A stretch of DNA of 51,150 nucleotides from assembly GCA_000388065.2 (NCBI GenBank), contig KB932201.1; one strand, 5' to 3'. This DNA is from Fonticula alba ATCC 38817 (lineage: Eukaryota > Protista > Nucleariida). Below are positions 12,073 through 23,480 of this stretch, piece after piece. The first letter of the stretch is position 1. Every line of letters starts with the position of its first letter. Under the pieces are notes generated by a model. The model saw nothing but the letters and a program-made list of their open reading frames with translations, had not been told where the DNA came from and searched no databases. The translations under genes and the position numbers were made by a program.

Positions 12073-15000
12073 CTAGGCCGGCAGCCGTCCACCAAGAACG
12101 CCCCTGGCCGCGACCTCGCCCTGTCCCTGCTGCGCACAGAGCTCCTCCAGTAGGATATCCTCAAAGGCCTGGATGATGCTCCGCAGCCCGAGCAGGTAGC
12201 CCTGATCGGCCGTCAGGCGCCAGTCATCATTGCCCGTTGGACGGGCCGGCGCGGGGTCATGGCTCGATGACGACGACGACGACAACGACGACGACGGGGT
12301 GGATGTCCGCCCCCCGCCACCGGCGGAAGAGGGCAACGGCGGCCGGCCCCCGGCATCAGGACCGCAGGAGGAGGGAGGGCCCCCGGTGCTGGGTGCCGCC
12401 CCGGCCGAGGCCAGGTGATTACCGAAGGTAATCCACCCCTCGTCCTCTTCATCCTCCTCCAGGGGTGCAGGCACCGAGGCAAGTGCAGGCGCAGGCGTAG
12501 GTGGCCGCGGCGGGCGCCGGCTCATCGCCCCGGTCTCCGAATCGCTGGCCTCATCGCAGGACGAGGAATCGGCCCCATCTCCGGCGGTCCCTGCCTGGTC
12601 GAAGTCATACTCCGTCCCAAACCCATAGGACTCCAGTGCCGCGATGTCCAGGATGTCCAAATCACAGCCAACCGGGCCAATGTGGTCAAGATCCGATGGG
12701 TCAAAGTGCCCTGCCGCCGGGGAAATCCCCAGCGGCCGGAGGGGACACACTTGGAGACGCTCGGCCGCCGCCGCGGCCGCCGCCTCCTCCGGCACGCTGA
12801 TGAGCTCGCGCCGGCGACGAAGCCACCGCCGGCGCCGGCGCCGGCGCAGCCGATCCGTCACATGCACGGAATTGGCAAAGTCAATGATCCGCAGGTCCAC
12901 ATCGCGACTGGTCAGCAGGTCCGGGCTGATGGGCAGGCCGGCGGCTGCCATGGCAGCCGCCGGGGTGGCCCCCTGGCTCGGAGCCGCCTCGGAGGCCGCC
13001 AGCACCACCCCCCCGCCGGCGGCCGACTCCGGATGCCCGTCATAGATCAACAACAGACTGCTCCCATAGAAGCGCCATTCCGGCAGCGACTCAATCACAC
13101 GATACAGCTGATTCAGTCGGTCGATGAAGGCCGGGATGAACTGCAATTGCAGGCCGGACACTTGACTGGGGAGAGGCCGGGCACGGGGGTTGGCACGGGT
13201 GCCCTGGCTGGCGCCGGCCCCGGCGACCGCGCCGTCGGCCATTGCTCCGGGAGGCCCGCTGGCAAAGCCCGGCCGCGGGGACGAGGCCACCGACGAGGAC
13301 GAGCAATAGAGGCTGGCTCGTCCGCCGGTGGTCAGGTACGTGCGGATGGCTCGGCGGAAGTCCTCGCGCGTCTTGAGCTTTCGCCCGTCATACTTGCTCT
13401 GATAGTGATACTCCCCGGTTTCGGCATCGTAGACCTGCGTCGGGGGAGAGGGAGTGACAGGAACAGTGACAGAGGAGAGGAAGGGGGCGAGGGGAGGGGA
13501 GAAGGGGGAAGGTTAGCGCAATCGAGAGGATACGGCCATGTTGTCGGGAGCAAAGGAAGAGAGGTAGGCCAGGCGTGGCCTTCCCCTTGCCGCTGCTGGC
13601 GGCGAGCGGCCAAGGACATACCTCCATGCCGCACATGCGCACGCCCAGCGAGGCCGATGTCGTGGAGAGGCACTTGCGAACTTGACTGGCCCGCTTGGCG
13701 GCCGTGGCGTGGGCCCCATGCTGACGGGTACCCATCTTCAGATCCAAAATGCAGGGGGCTCGAAGGCCGAAGGTCAGGTCCTCCAGTAGCACAAAGTGCG
13801 AGGTGGATGGCGCGGCCGGCTTCGACTGGACCAGGGGGTTGGGCCGGGGGGGCGTGGCAGCGGCCCGTGAAGACAGCAGCGTCGTGAAGGGCCGCCGGTC
13901 GGACAGGTCGGCGGCCACGGCATATGCCGCGGTTTCCAGCGAGGTGGATGCCCGCTCATTGAACAGGGCCAGCAGCTCCTCCGGCCGTGGGGGACGCTCG
14001 CCGAAGCGCATACGCGCCAGCACATCCGACCGCAAGTCCGGCGAACTGAACCCCCGTGCTAGGGCCAGGTGCTGCGATGCGGCGGGATGCAGGGAAAGTG
14101 CCGCATGGTTTGCGGGTGTTGCTGTTGCTGCGGCCGCCGACGGCATGTAATGTGAAGAGGGCCCCCCGCCGACGGCATACAGACTGGCGCCGATGGACCG
14201 GGCGCTTGGCAGCTGCCCAGGGCCAGCAGAGGAGCCGGCTGTTGGTGGGCCGACAGCCGACACGGGCCTGGACTCCGGGCCAGGGAGAACCTGCGCCAGC
14301 ATGGCCGACACATCAGGATCGGCCAGGCGATGGCCAGAGGGCGGCAGGAGCCCGGAGCCAGGGGCCGCCATGGCGAGCGCCCTTTCCCGAGAGGCCAGAT
14401 CCAGGGAGGAGCCGGCCGGTGGCCCGGGCAGTGGCCGTTCTGGGGAGGTGTGAAAACCGGGTGACAGGTCGCCCGGTGAGGGAAGTGCCGTCCGGCGAAA
14501 GGGGTTGTTCACCTGGAAGAAGCTCCGCAGCGCGTCGATGAAGTCCCCCAAGAAGGGATCCCGTGGCCCGGCCGCGCCGATATCCAGAGGCTCCTCCTCG
14601 AGGGCGAGCTGGCCATCGTCAGACTGGTCCTCGCCATCCGACGAGTCGGCCAGTGGTGGCAGGGGCAGCGGCTCGTGGAGCAGTTGCCCATCCAGAGTGG
14701 CAAGGGCCGCCGCAGCGGCTACCATACTGCCCGGGTCATGGGCGAAGGAGCTGCCAGACTCATCGTGTCCGGTGGTGGCATCGGCAGCCGCCAGGAAGGG
14801 ACCCTGGGAGCCCACTGTTAGGGAAGACATGTTGTCCGGAAGAGGTCCGAGGCCCGGCTCGGGGATGCCTTCATCGGGCCCGGTGGAACTGCTGCTACCA
14901 TTGCCAGCGATACCAAGCAGTGATCCGGACATGACATCAGCCTCGGACGAGGAGAAGGGGTCATCCATGGCTGGGAGGCCACCGGTAACGGTCGCACTGG

Positions 15001-15781
15001 AAGAGAAACCACTGATCCCATCGAGGGGGGTGGTCACGCCGCCAAAGGGAGACCCGGCAGGGCCGAAGGAGGAGCCGGCAGCGTCGAAGGAGGAGCCGGT
15101 GCTTCCCCCAAACGAGGAGCCGGTGCTTCCCCCAAACGAGGAGCCGGTGCTTCCGCCGAAGGAGGAGCCGGTGCTTCCGCCGAAGGAGGAGCCGGTGCTT
15201 CCCCCAAACGAGGAGCCGGTGCTTCCCCCAAACGAGGATCCCTGGCCGTAGGAAAAGAGACAAGCCGAAGAGTGCGGCCGTGGGAGGGAGGCTGCCGTGG
15301 GGACGACGGCCGCCGGCCCCGGGGCCGCTGACTGTGCAGATGTCAGGCCTCGGGCAGCGGATCCCGGCCCGGGGCTCGGGGCCGTCGACCGGACATGCGG
15401 CGGGGGCGGAGAGCTGGCCCGAGAAGGAGCCTGGGAACTGCTGCGACTGCCGCGCCCCTGGCCTGGCCGAGTTCGCAGGAGGGTACCGGACTCGGTCAGA
15501 CGGACGGTGCCCAGGTAGTGCGGGACAAAGGGGACAAGCGTCGGAGAAATAGAGGGCATGTGTTCATAGAACTGATGCTCGGATCGGACCATTGGCTTCA
15601 AGATTGTCCGATCCTCAACTTTTCTGATGACCGATTGCCCGCCCACCTGGAAGTGGAAGGGCGGCAGGATGGCGGCCGCCTCCGTCGCAGCCGATGTCGC
15701 CAGCGTGCCTGTGCCATGCGTGCTTGCGGGCGGTGCGGTTTGGGAATCGCGCGACGGCCGCTGCTGCTGCTGCACCTGCAT
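12073..15781 (-). CDS. IP6K: Inositol hexakisphosphate kinase (IP6K/Kcs1 family), ~1170 aa with long low-complexity inserts
   Basis: Motifs [47 protein letters not shown] (PxxxDxKxG), [18 protein letters not shown]|[20 protein letters not shown] and DQGYLLG. Exons 13622..15781 and 12073..13434, with a phase-0 GTATGT..CAG intron 13435..13621. The start is uncertain: ATG at 15781, or an ATG-only exon at 16400-16402 spliced across the gap to 15775. Confidence 0.93.
15038..15241 (-). repeat. 24-bp coding tandem repeat encoding (GSSFGGST)x6 plus three degenerate units
   Basis: Six 24-nt units at 15098..15241 in two synonymous variants (TCG TTT GGG GGA vs TCC TTC GGC GGA), ordered A A B B A A, followed by [14 protein letters not shown] and GSPFGG. 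Confidence 0.97.
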
Positions 15782-18700
15782 TGGCTCAAGAGGGGGGGTG
15801 GCAGAGGGGTGAGAGAGGGGCAGCACCAGCGGGGTAACCTCCGAGAGGGGGGCCCCGGCGGGATGGCATGGTTCCGGGGGGGCGGAGGGGGGCTGCTGCG
15901 CGCGCGAGCGTCGTTCGGGTGACCGGGAGTGCTGTTGTGCAGGGGCGGGGATCCTTGGCTGGNNNNNNNNNNNNNNNNNNNNNNNNNNNNNNNNNNNNNN
16001 NNNNNNNNNNNNNNNNNNNNNNNNNNNNNNNNNNNNNNNNNNNNNNNNNNNNNNNNNNNNNNNNNNNNNNNNNNNNNNNNNNNNNNNNNNNNNNNNNNNN
16101 NNNNNNNNNNNNNNNNNNNNNNNNNNNNNNNNNNNNNNNNNNNNNNNNNNNNNNNNNNNNNNNNNNNNNNNNNNNNNNNNNNNNNNNNNNNNNNNNNNNN
16201 NNNNNNNNNNNNNNNNNNNNNNNNNNNNGTCATCACGTCGGGAACGCCAGTCGCGTTCGGGGCCTCGGCGGCGGGGCATGAGCGTGTGCATACATGTATG
16301 GAGGGTAAGTGGCGAGGTGTAAACGCGGGCAGGGGCCGAAAAGATTCGGACCGACACGATCGGCACTCGGCAGGTGGGGAGAGATCCCGGGCGACATACC
16401 ATCAGATTGTCGCGGGCGTGGTTCCGGGGAAAGCCATGGAAAGGGGGAGGGGAGGAAGTGGCGGGGGGAGGGAGGAGGAGGGAGGGGGGAGGGGAGAAGA
16501 GGGAGGGCGGGCGCAAAGGGTGGAAGGGGGCGGCAAACGAGGGGGGGGGGGCCTGATTGCGGGGGATAGGAAAAGGTCTCTTCCCGGTGGGAACGGCACA
16601 GAGAGAGGGATCTCAAATCGATTTGGGCAGGCGGGTGACGGGCCTCGCCCTCCGGCTGTGCCCCGGTGTCGGTCCGGCTCCCGGCGGGTGCACACGCGCC
16701 CACACGCACGGGCGTGAGCTTCAGCCAGGGGTCGGGATGATGCATGTCGCCGGGATGTGTGTGTCTGTACACATCGCATACCAGCACCTTCCCCCGGGAG
16801 GGGGTACGTCTCAAACCCCGATCCCTGGGAACCGGCGCCCGCCTCGGGCACTTTCGCCCCGGGGGGCGGGGCGCGGGGGGGAGAGGGGGGAAACACGTTT
16901 GTTCACCGGCCAGACGGTCAGCACGCCCCTTCCGGAGACCTTCCAGGGCGGGGGGGGGGGGAGACTGCCAGGCGCCGTCTATTTGCGAGGTCGTCTCGAG
17001 GCGCGGGAAGGGCAGAACTCGGGCTCGCTCTCCGGCAAGGGGATACCACTCCGCGCTGGGATCAGGGCGAGCGGCGCGCACGCGCCCCGCCCCGCCCGGA
17101 CAGGGTCCAGAGCTCCCCCCCCCCCTTCCATGCTGGGGGAGGCCCCTGCGGGGAGCTCTCCATGGTGTGCCCCCTCCCCCCGAGGCGGATGTCGCACATG
17201 GATGTGCACGGTGCCCGAACGCGTATGGTGTGTGTGTATGTGCACGGTGTCCGATCCGCGGAGGGGGACCCGGGAAGGGCTGCCCGCATCCGGGAGGTCG
17301 GGGCGTGGCGCGGCGCGGCGCCCCGGTGAGGCACCCCCCGCCCCCCGACCGGGCACATGCACGTTTGCCGGCCGTGTTGCCGCATACGCACCTGGGAAAG
17401 TGTAATTGCAGTGCAAGCCCCTGCAACGATGGGCGCCTGGGAGGGGGGTTGTATGCGGCCGATCCGACGCAACGTGAGAGCCATGCCGACACCACTGGGA
17501 GATGGGCGCTCAGGGTGCNNNNNNNNNNNNNNNNNNNNNNNNNNNNNNNNNNNNNNNNNNNNNNNNNNNNNNNNNNNNNNNNNNNNNNNNNNNNNNNNNN
17601 NNNNNNNNNNNNNNNNNNNNNNNNNNNNNNNNNNNNNNNNNNNNNNNNNNNNNNNNNNNNNNNNNNNNNNNNNNNNNNNNNNNNNNNNNNNNNNNNNNNN
17701 NNNNNNNNNNNNNNNNNNNNNNNNNNNNNNNNNNNNNNNNNNNNNNNNNNNNNNNNNNNNNNNNNNNNNNNNNNNNNNNNNNNNNNNNNNNNNNNNNNNN
17801 NNNNNNNNNNNNNNNNNNNNNNNNNNNNNNNNNNNNNNNNNNNNNNNNNNNNNNNNNNNNNNNNNNNNNNNNNNNNNNNNNNNNNNNNNNNNNNNNNNNN
17901 NNNNNNNNNNNNNNNNNNNNNNNNNNNNNNNNNNNNNNNNNNNNNNNNNNNNNNNNNNNNNNNNNNNNNNNNNNNNNNNNNNNNNNNNNNNNNNNNNNNN
18001 NNNNNNNNNNNNNNNNNNNNNNNNNNNNNNNNNNNNNNGGGCCGGAGGCATCACTTGCGGCCTGTTGATCCACCGTTGGTTGAAAGCCTACGGGACGGGT
18101 ACCTCCCGAGGCGAGCTAAAAGCCCTTGACCCCTGCCTGGGCGCTAGAGGAAGGGGGGCGCGGGCGAGCCGCCGCTAATGACACCAGCCTGCGACCTCCA
18201 GGGCCAGGGTGCCATTCTGGGGTCATGTGCGTTCCCCCGCGGAGGGGCGACGCCGGGTCCTCATCACTGGGGTCCATACGGATGCCAGTGACCGAGCCAC
18301 ATATGATAGCTCCGCACTCGATCCAGGAATCTGGACCCCCACACACGAAGCCAGAACCCCAGATGAAGGCGCAGGGCAGCGGCAGGGGGGGGGGGGGGGG
18401 GGGGGCGGCGCTGGGCGCCGAGTGGTGGACCCGCAGACCCATCATCAGCACACCGTCGAGGGCCCCCCTAAAAAGACACCCCCAGTTCGCGGTCCCAGGA
18501 CCGGCCGGCCGCACCTTGCATCCCTGTGCGCGAGCCACCGTCACACCCCTGTCCCTCTCACAGACGGCACTCTCCCCGCCTTCGTGCGTCCCTCGCCCCG
18601 GGGGAGGCCCGGCAGAGTTGCCGTATCTCTTGGGCGGATTCGACTTTCCGCGCCCCACCTCCCATCGAGTGTCACCTCTCCAGTGAAGTGCCCCATGCTT

Positions 18701-20188
18701 GCGAGGCACAGTCCCTCTCGCCCTGGCTTTCTCTTGCTGGGTGTTTGGGCGCCTCGGGGCGGAGCGCGGCCTGGTTGGCCTGCTTCGACTGGCCGCCCCT
18801 CTCTGCTGCGCGCGTTCCCCCCGGCATACTTGCTCAGACATCGATGGGTTTCGTCAGAACGGGGCACAACCCTATCGCGAGTCACATGTTACATTTGGGA
18901 GCGGTCTTGCACCCTCGACCGCCGGGCCCTTGGTAGAGGTATTGTCATCTGACTTTCTGATCATGACCACCGGAATGCGCTGGCATCTGCGGGTGTGGGC
19001 CCGGATCTTTGGCGGGCATGCCTGCCGACGGATGACCCAGCTGCAAGTGCTGTTGGACCCCCCCCCCCCCTCCGCCCGATGGATCTCTGTCGGGACGTTC
19101 CGTGCCCTCCGACGTGTTAGCCGGCTCCCACATTCGCGAGGGAGGCAAGCGACGCAGCAATGGCTGCCGAATGAGCTCCCTGCCGGGCGCGGCGGCGGAG
19201 GGGCGCTGGAGAAGAAGGCTGGTCCCGATCTTGCCGGCCGCCCGTCGGCGCCCACCAACTGGCGGGGTGATCCTCAGGGAAGATCCATCCATACCCAAGA
19301 AATAGGGGGGGAGAGACGGAGCCGTGTGGCTGAAATACAACGTGGAGCGGCCAACGAACGGGGATTCCGGGTGCGACGTGGATTCCGTCCGCGACGTGGG
19401 ATCGCAAGATTGCAAAGGGTGTAAAGGCCTTCGCGTTTGTCGTGGAGACCTTCGCGAAGGGGAAGGGTGTCGAAAGGAAGATGGGAGGTGGGCGCCGTCG
19501 GCACCCTGCCTGGCCCTTCCCCCGCACCGCCGACACGAGAGTAGGTAGCGGCCCCCCTCCCCTGACACCACTACCACTGGGGTTGGCTCCCGGCCGACGC
19601 CCATCGCGCGCCACCGAGGACGATAGCAGGGCAAGGACGACATGGCCGGGGATCGCCACCCGTTTCCTCGCCCCGCCTTGGTGCGAGCGGCGACAAGCAC
19701 CGGAACCAGGCCGCCGCCTGCCCGTCCCCCGAAAGCCATGATCGGCCAGGCTCTCCCGGTCCCCTCCCTCCCGCCCTGATATAGACAGGCGCACCGTCCT
19801 CCTCCCTCGTCCCGGACGCAGCACCTTCCCCTGAGAAGCAGGCCCAGCCACCGAAACACATAGACACACAGGCAGATCTCGCGCACATGCAGCATGCCCC
19901 CCCCCCCGATACGACGGCCCACAAACAGAGCAACAGCGAGAGAAGGAGAGAGAAATAGAGACACGCCTGCCCCCGCCCCCCCCCTTCTTGGCGGCACCAC
20001 ACAGGTCGCGCCAGTGCAAGCACACACACACGGCGGCGGAGAGAGGAAAAGAGGGGAGAGGGAAATACACGCTGAGAAGGGAGTGTGTTTTGTGTAGGGA
20101 GAAGCACATTGTGGGGGTGTGGTTTCTTAGCTGAAAGGGAGACAAGAGAGGGGGCGCGGGGGAGACACCTTTCGAGGCACACTCTCTC

Positions 20189-21306
20189 TTAGAACTTCAT
20201 GGCGTGGGGGAACTGGCCCTTGCTCAGGGTGAACTTGGCACCAAGGTAACCCTTGAGGAGGGGGGTCTTGTTGATGGCGGCGAGGAGGGCCTTGTCAGTC
20301 TCCTTCTGGTCGGCAATGCGGCCAGCGTCGATCTGGGTGGTCTGTGGGCCGGGACACGCGCGTGGACGTGCAGAGGAGGAGGAGGAGGAGGAAGAGCGGG
20401 TTTGTGTGGTTAGTGAAAGGGAGCGGCGGCCGAGAGCGTGACGCGCGAGGAGGAGAGAGGCGGGGACGCGCGTGCATGCGCGCGCGCGCACGACGCCGCC
20501 CACCACACGGGCGACAGAGAACACAACACACGCACCTCCTTGTGCTGAGCAAAGAAGTCCTCGGCACCACGGGTCTTGGTGTCAGCGGGGCGCTTGAAGT
20601 ACTCGTCGGTGAACTTCTCGGTGTTGACGCCAGAGATATCGACCTTGGTGGAGGTGGCGATGACGTAGGCGGGGTTCACACGGCGGAGGGGGACACCGTT
20701 GACCTTGAAGGGGCCAGAGACGACCAGGAGGCCGGAGTTGAGCTGCTTGAGGCAGACAACGCGGGTACCCTTGAAGCGGCCGGCAAGGAGGATCAGGACG
20801 GCACCAGGAACGATGGAAGCGCGCTGTGTGTCATGAAGGGCAAAAAAGCACAGACAGGGGGAGTGGTTAGCGAGTCGCCGGGTGAGAAAGGAGCCCCTCC
20901 CGGTCCAGGCGCGCGCAAAGGGCCAAACAACGAGGAGAGGCACATCCGCATACGGATGCAGGAATGCGAAAGTCACATCCGACTATCGGAGAGGGGCAGC
21001 CGAGATGGGGGGAATTGGTACGCACGACCTTGGCGGGCTTGTTCTTCTTGTGGTTCTTGGCGAGGGTCTTGGACTTGCGGCAGTCAGCGGCGAGGCTGCG
21101 AGCGACCGGGAACTGAGCCATGGACTATGATGGGGAGGGAGGAGTGGTATGGACACGTGGGGGACATTGTAAGAGACACGGCAGAAGGAGGGGTCAGTAA
21201 GAGGGTGTGCGCGCGCTTCTGACGAAGGACAAGAGAGAGAGATGCAACAGCAAGAGGGAGGGACTTTGCTTGTGGGGAAACGCACGGTGACAGTGGGGAT
21301 AGTCAT
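20189..21306 (-). CDS. RPL6: 60S ribosomal protein eL6 (L6), 186 aa, four coding exons plus an inferred 5'-UTR intron
   Basis: Exons 21286..21306, 21026..21124, 20536..20823 and 20189..20341 splice in phase 0 (GTGCGT donors, YAG acceptors, CTRAC branch points). They give [92 protein letters not shown], the eL6 signature. Inferred 5'-UTR intron 21308..22016. Confidence 0.97.
20941..20982 (-). promoter_or_regulatory. Intronic self-complementary element shared with the RPL3 intron (RPL6 copy)
   Basis: Sense strand reads TCGGATGTGA ctttcgca TTCCTGCATCCG tatg CGGATGTG inside intron 20824..21025. The near-identical copy is at 37727..37755. Function is inferred, not shown. Confidence 0.6.
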
Positions 21307-22653
21307 TCTGGCGATGCCGAATCGAGACAACGGGGGTGGGAGGACGAGAAAGAGGGCGGAGGAAGGGGGACACCGAAATGAGGAGTGTTAGCTGAGCATG
21401 ATCCCGCCATGGCGAGGGTGGTGGCACTCATTTGTGAGTGCCCGGGTGCGACGCAGGACACCATCATACGATCGGGTGCGGAGAGGGGGGGGAGGGCGCA
21501 ACGAGGAGCCTCTGGCACAATGCACACATCCATACACGCGAGTGCGTTGGCCCCCCCCCCCACAACACTCGGCCCCTGACCTCGGGGCCAGTCTCTCTCT
21601 CCCTCTCGAGTCTGATCCGCCCATCGGTGGTGTACACACACACACGGAGGCCGGTGGGCGGCGCCCGGCCCTTCGCTGTCTCCGGCAGCAACATGTCGCC
21701 CGATGCGCTGGTGGAGGGGAGGAAGAGAAGGGAGGGCGTCCCCGGGGCAGACACCGAGCATGAGGGCGCGCGCGCGCACACACACACACACCACCGGCCC
21801 ACAGCGATGGCATGAGTCTAGCGCGAGACCGGGACTCAGGGCAACGAGCGCGCCCATCGGACCAGGGAGGCACACACGTAGCGTGCAGACGCAGAGAGCC
21901 CGAGAGAGAGAGAGAGGGCAGGGCAAAGGAGGGGGCGAGGTGTGGGGTATACAAGAGGAAAGGGCGAAAGTAGGCACTGGAAGGGGGGGGAGAGGGAGGA
22001 AGGGGAAGAGACGCACTTCTCCTTTCTGATTTGACGGGTGAATATACCAAACAGACCAGATGAGTAGAGGCCTCTGCTCTGAGGAGGCAGCCTCCACCAG
22101 GGGCCCACTTCTAACAACTCATCAGCCCCCTGAACCGTGCTTCTCTGCTGGCGGCTGCCCTGGGCCACCCAAGGTGCCCGTTCGCCTCCCCCCCCCCCTC
22201 CCCCCCCCTGCGCCTGTTCCCGCCCCCCTCTCCCACACACACCCCGCGCCTCGGCCTGCCTCCCCCACTCTCTGGGGGGGGGGGGGAGGGGGGGAGGCCC
22301 GGCCGCGCACCCCGCTCCCTTGGCCACCATGTATGCCTGGCGAAAGGGCGGTCGCGAGCGCCCGAGAAAGAGAGCGGCGGACGCGGCCGGAATCCGCCCT
22401 CTCTCTCTCTCCCTGTGCCCTGTTGCCCCCCCCCTCCCCCCCCCGTCGGGAGGCCCTTGCCTGAGGTGGGGCTGGTGGACCCGAGACAGGGACACCCTGT
22501 TAGCCTTCCCCGGCCCCGAGAGTTCCCCGACACGCACCACACACGAGCCCGGACCAGGATGAGAAGGATGCGCGTGAGCACATGCCCGTGTCTGCCCCGC
22601 CCCCCCCCCCCTCCCCGCCCTCTGTATCGCCTGGCCCTGCCACGCCTCCAAGT

Positions 22654-23480
22654 ATGGATCCCACCGCCGCTCCACGGGCGGGGGGCGCCCCCCTCCTCAG
22701 GAAGGCCACATCTCGAAAAGTGCCGAGTCTCGTCTCCACGAACTCGCCCGTTTGCGCGGCGGCTGGATGCGCCCGGAGCACCAACCGGGACCAACCAACG
22801 CTCCTCCGCCCCCACCAAGGCATCCTCTCCCGCCGGCCCACCTTCAGAGAAACGCACGGAGGTACCATGTCGGTCGCAAGTCAGCCAGCTCCAGCTCCAG
22901 CTCCAGCTCCAGCTCAAGTACGCGTCCTGCACCGCGCCCCCCTTCCGTGTGTCCTGCCCCGGCCGCATCTGGGGAGAGGGATCCGCCACGCTCCGGCGAG
23001 AGGACCCCACGCATCGACATACCACTGGATAAGTGAAGTGTGTGTGGAAGGACACGTGTGTGGTGCGTACTTTCGGCCTGTCCAGGGAGCGCGTTTTTGA
23101 TCTCTCCCCCCCAAAACGTCTGGCAACACGCTCCCCCCTCCAAGGAACCAATGCTTGAGCTCGCTGGGGCGACGCTGAAGGACGGCCCCCGATCTGCTGG
23201 CCCTACGGATGGAAATACATGCAAGGAGGAGGAATGTGGCTTTCTGGCCTCTTTATCCTCCGCCCCCCGTTGTATGTTCATACACGGGAAAAAGGGCCGG
23301 CGGGCTGGCTCAGGCCTTGCACCCTCGAGGGGTGAACCTTGGCCGTGGAGAAATGGAGCGCGGTGCGTACCCCCCCCCCCCCGCCGCCCCGCTCGCACCT
23401 TCACCCGGGTGTGTATGTGTGCGGACAGCGGCCTGCCTGGTCCTCGAAGGGGGAAGACCCGCGCGCTCTCGAAGGGTTAA
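22654..23480 (+). CDS. Hypothetical two-exon protein (~200 aa), no recognised domain
   Basis: Exons 22654..22917 and 23145..23480 join in phase 0 through a GTACGC..AAG intron with a pyrimidine tract. AATAAA at 23569-23574, about 90 nt after the TAA. No homology recognised. Confidence 0.45.
22885..22914 (+). repeat. (CCAGCT)x5 hexamer repeat encoding PAPAPA in the hypothetical gene
   Basis: ccagctccagctccagctccagctccagct. Confidence 0.85.

Noticed and set aside
12415-15251. Long plus-strand ORFs opposite IP6K, including the (EEPVLPP[NK])n reading
   Set aside because: Antisense reading of the IP6K exons and the GSSFGGST repeat; the kinase motifs fix the coding strand.
17161-17295. CGGATGTC..TGGATGTG upstream of IP6K, a partial match to the RP element
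   Set aside because: Lacks the TGA..TTCNTGCATCCG half at the correct spacing, so it is compatible with chance.
18039-20180. Multiple overlapping ORFs between gap 17519-18038 and RPL6
   Set aside because: No recognisable motif or codon signal; expected in GC-rich DNA.
21440-21480. TATGATGG (box C-like) on the sense strand of RPL6 intron 1
   Set aside because: Imperfect C box and no CTGA D box before the branch point, so a C/D snoRNA is not supported.
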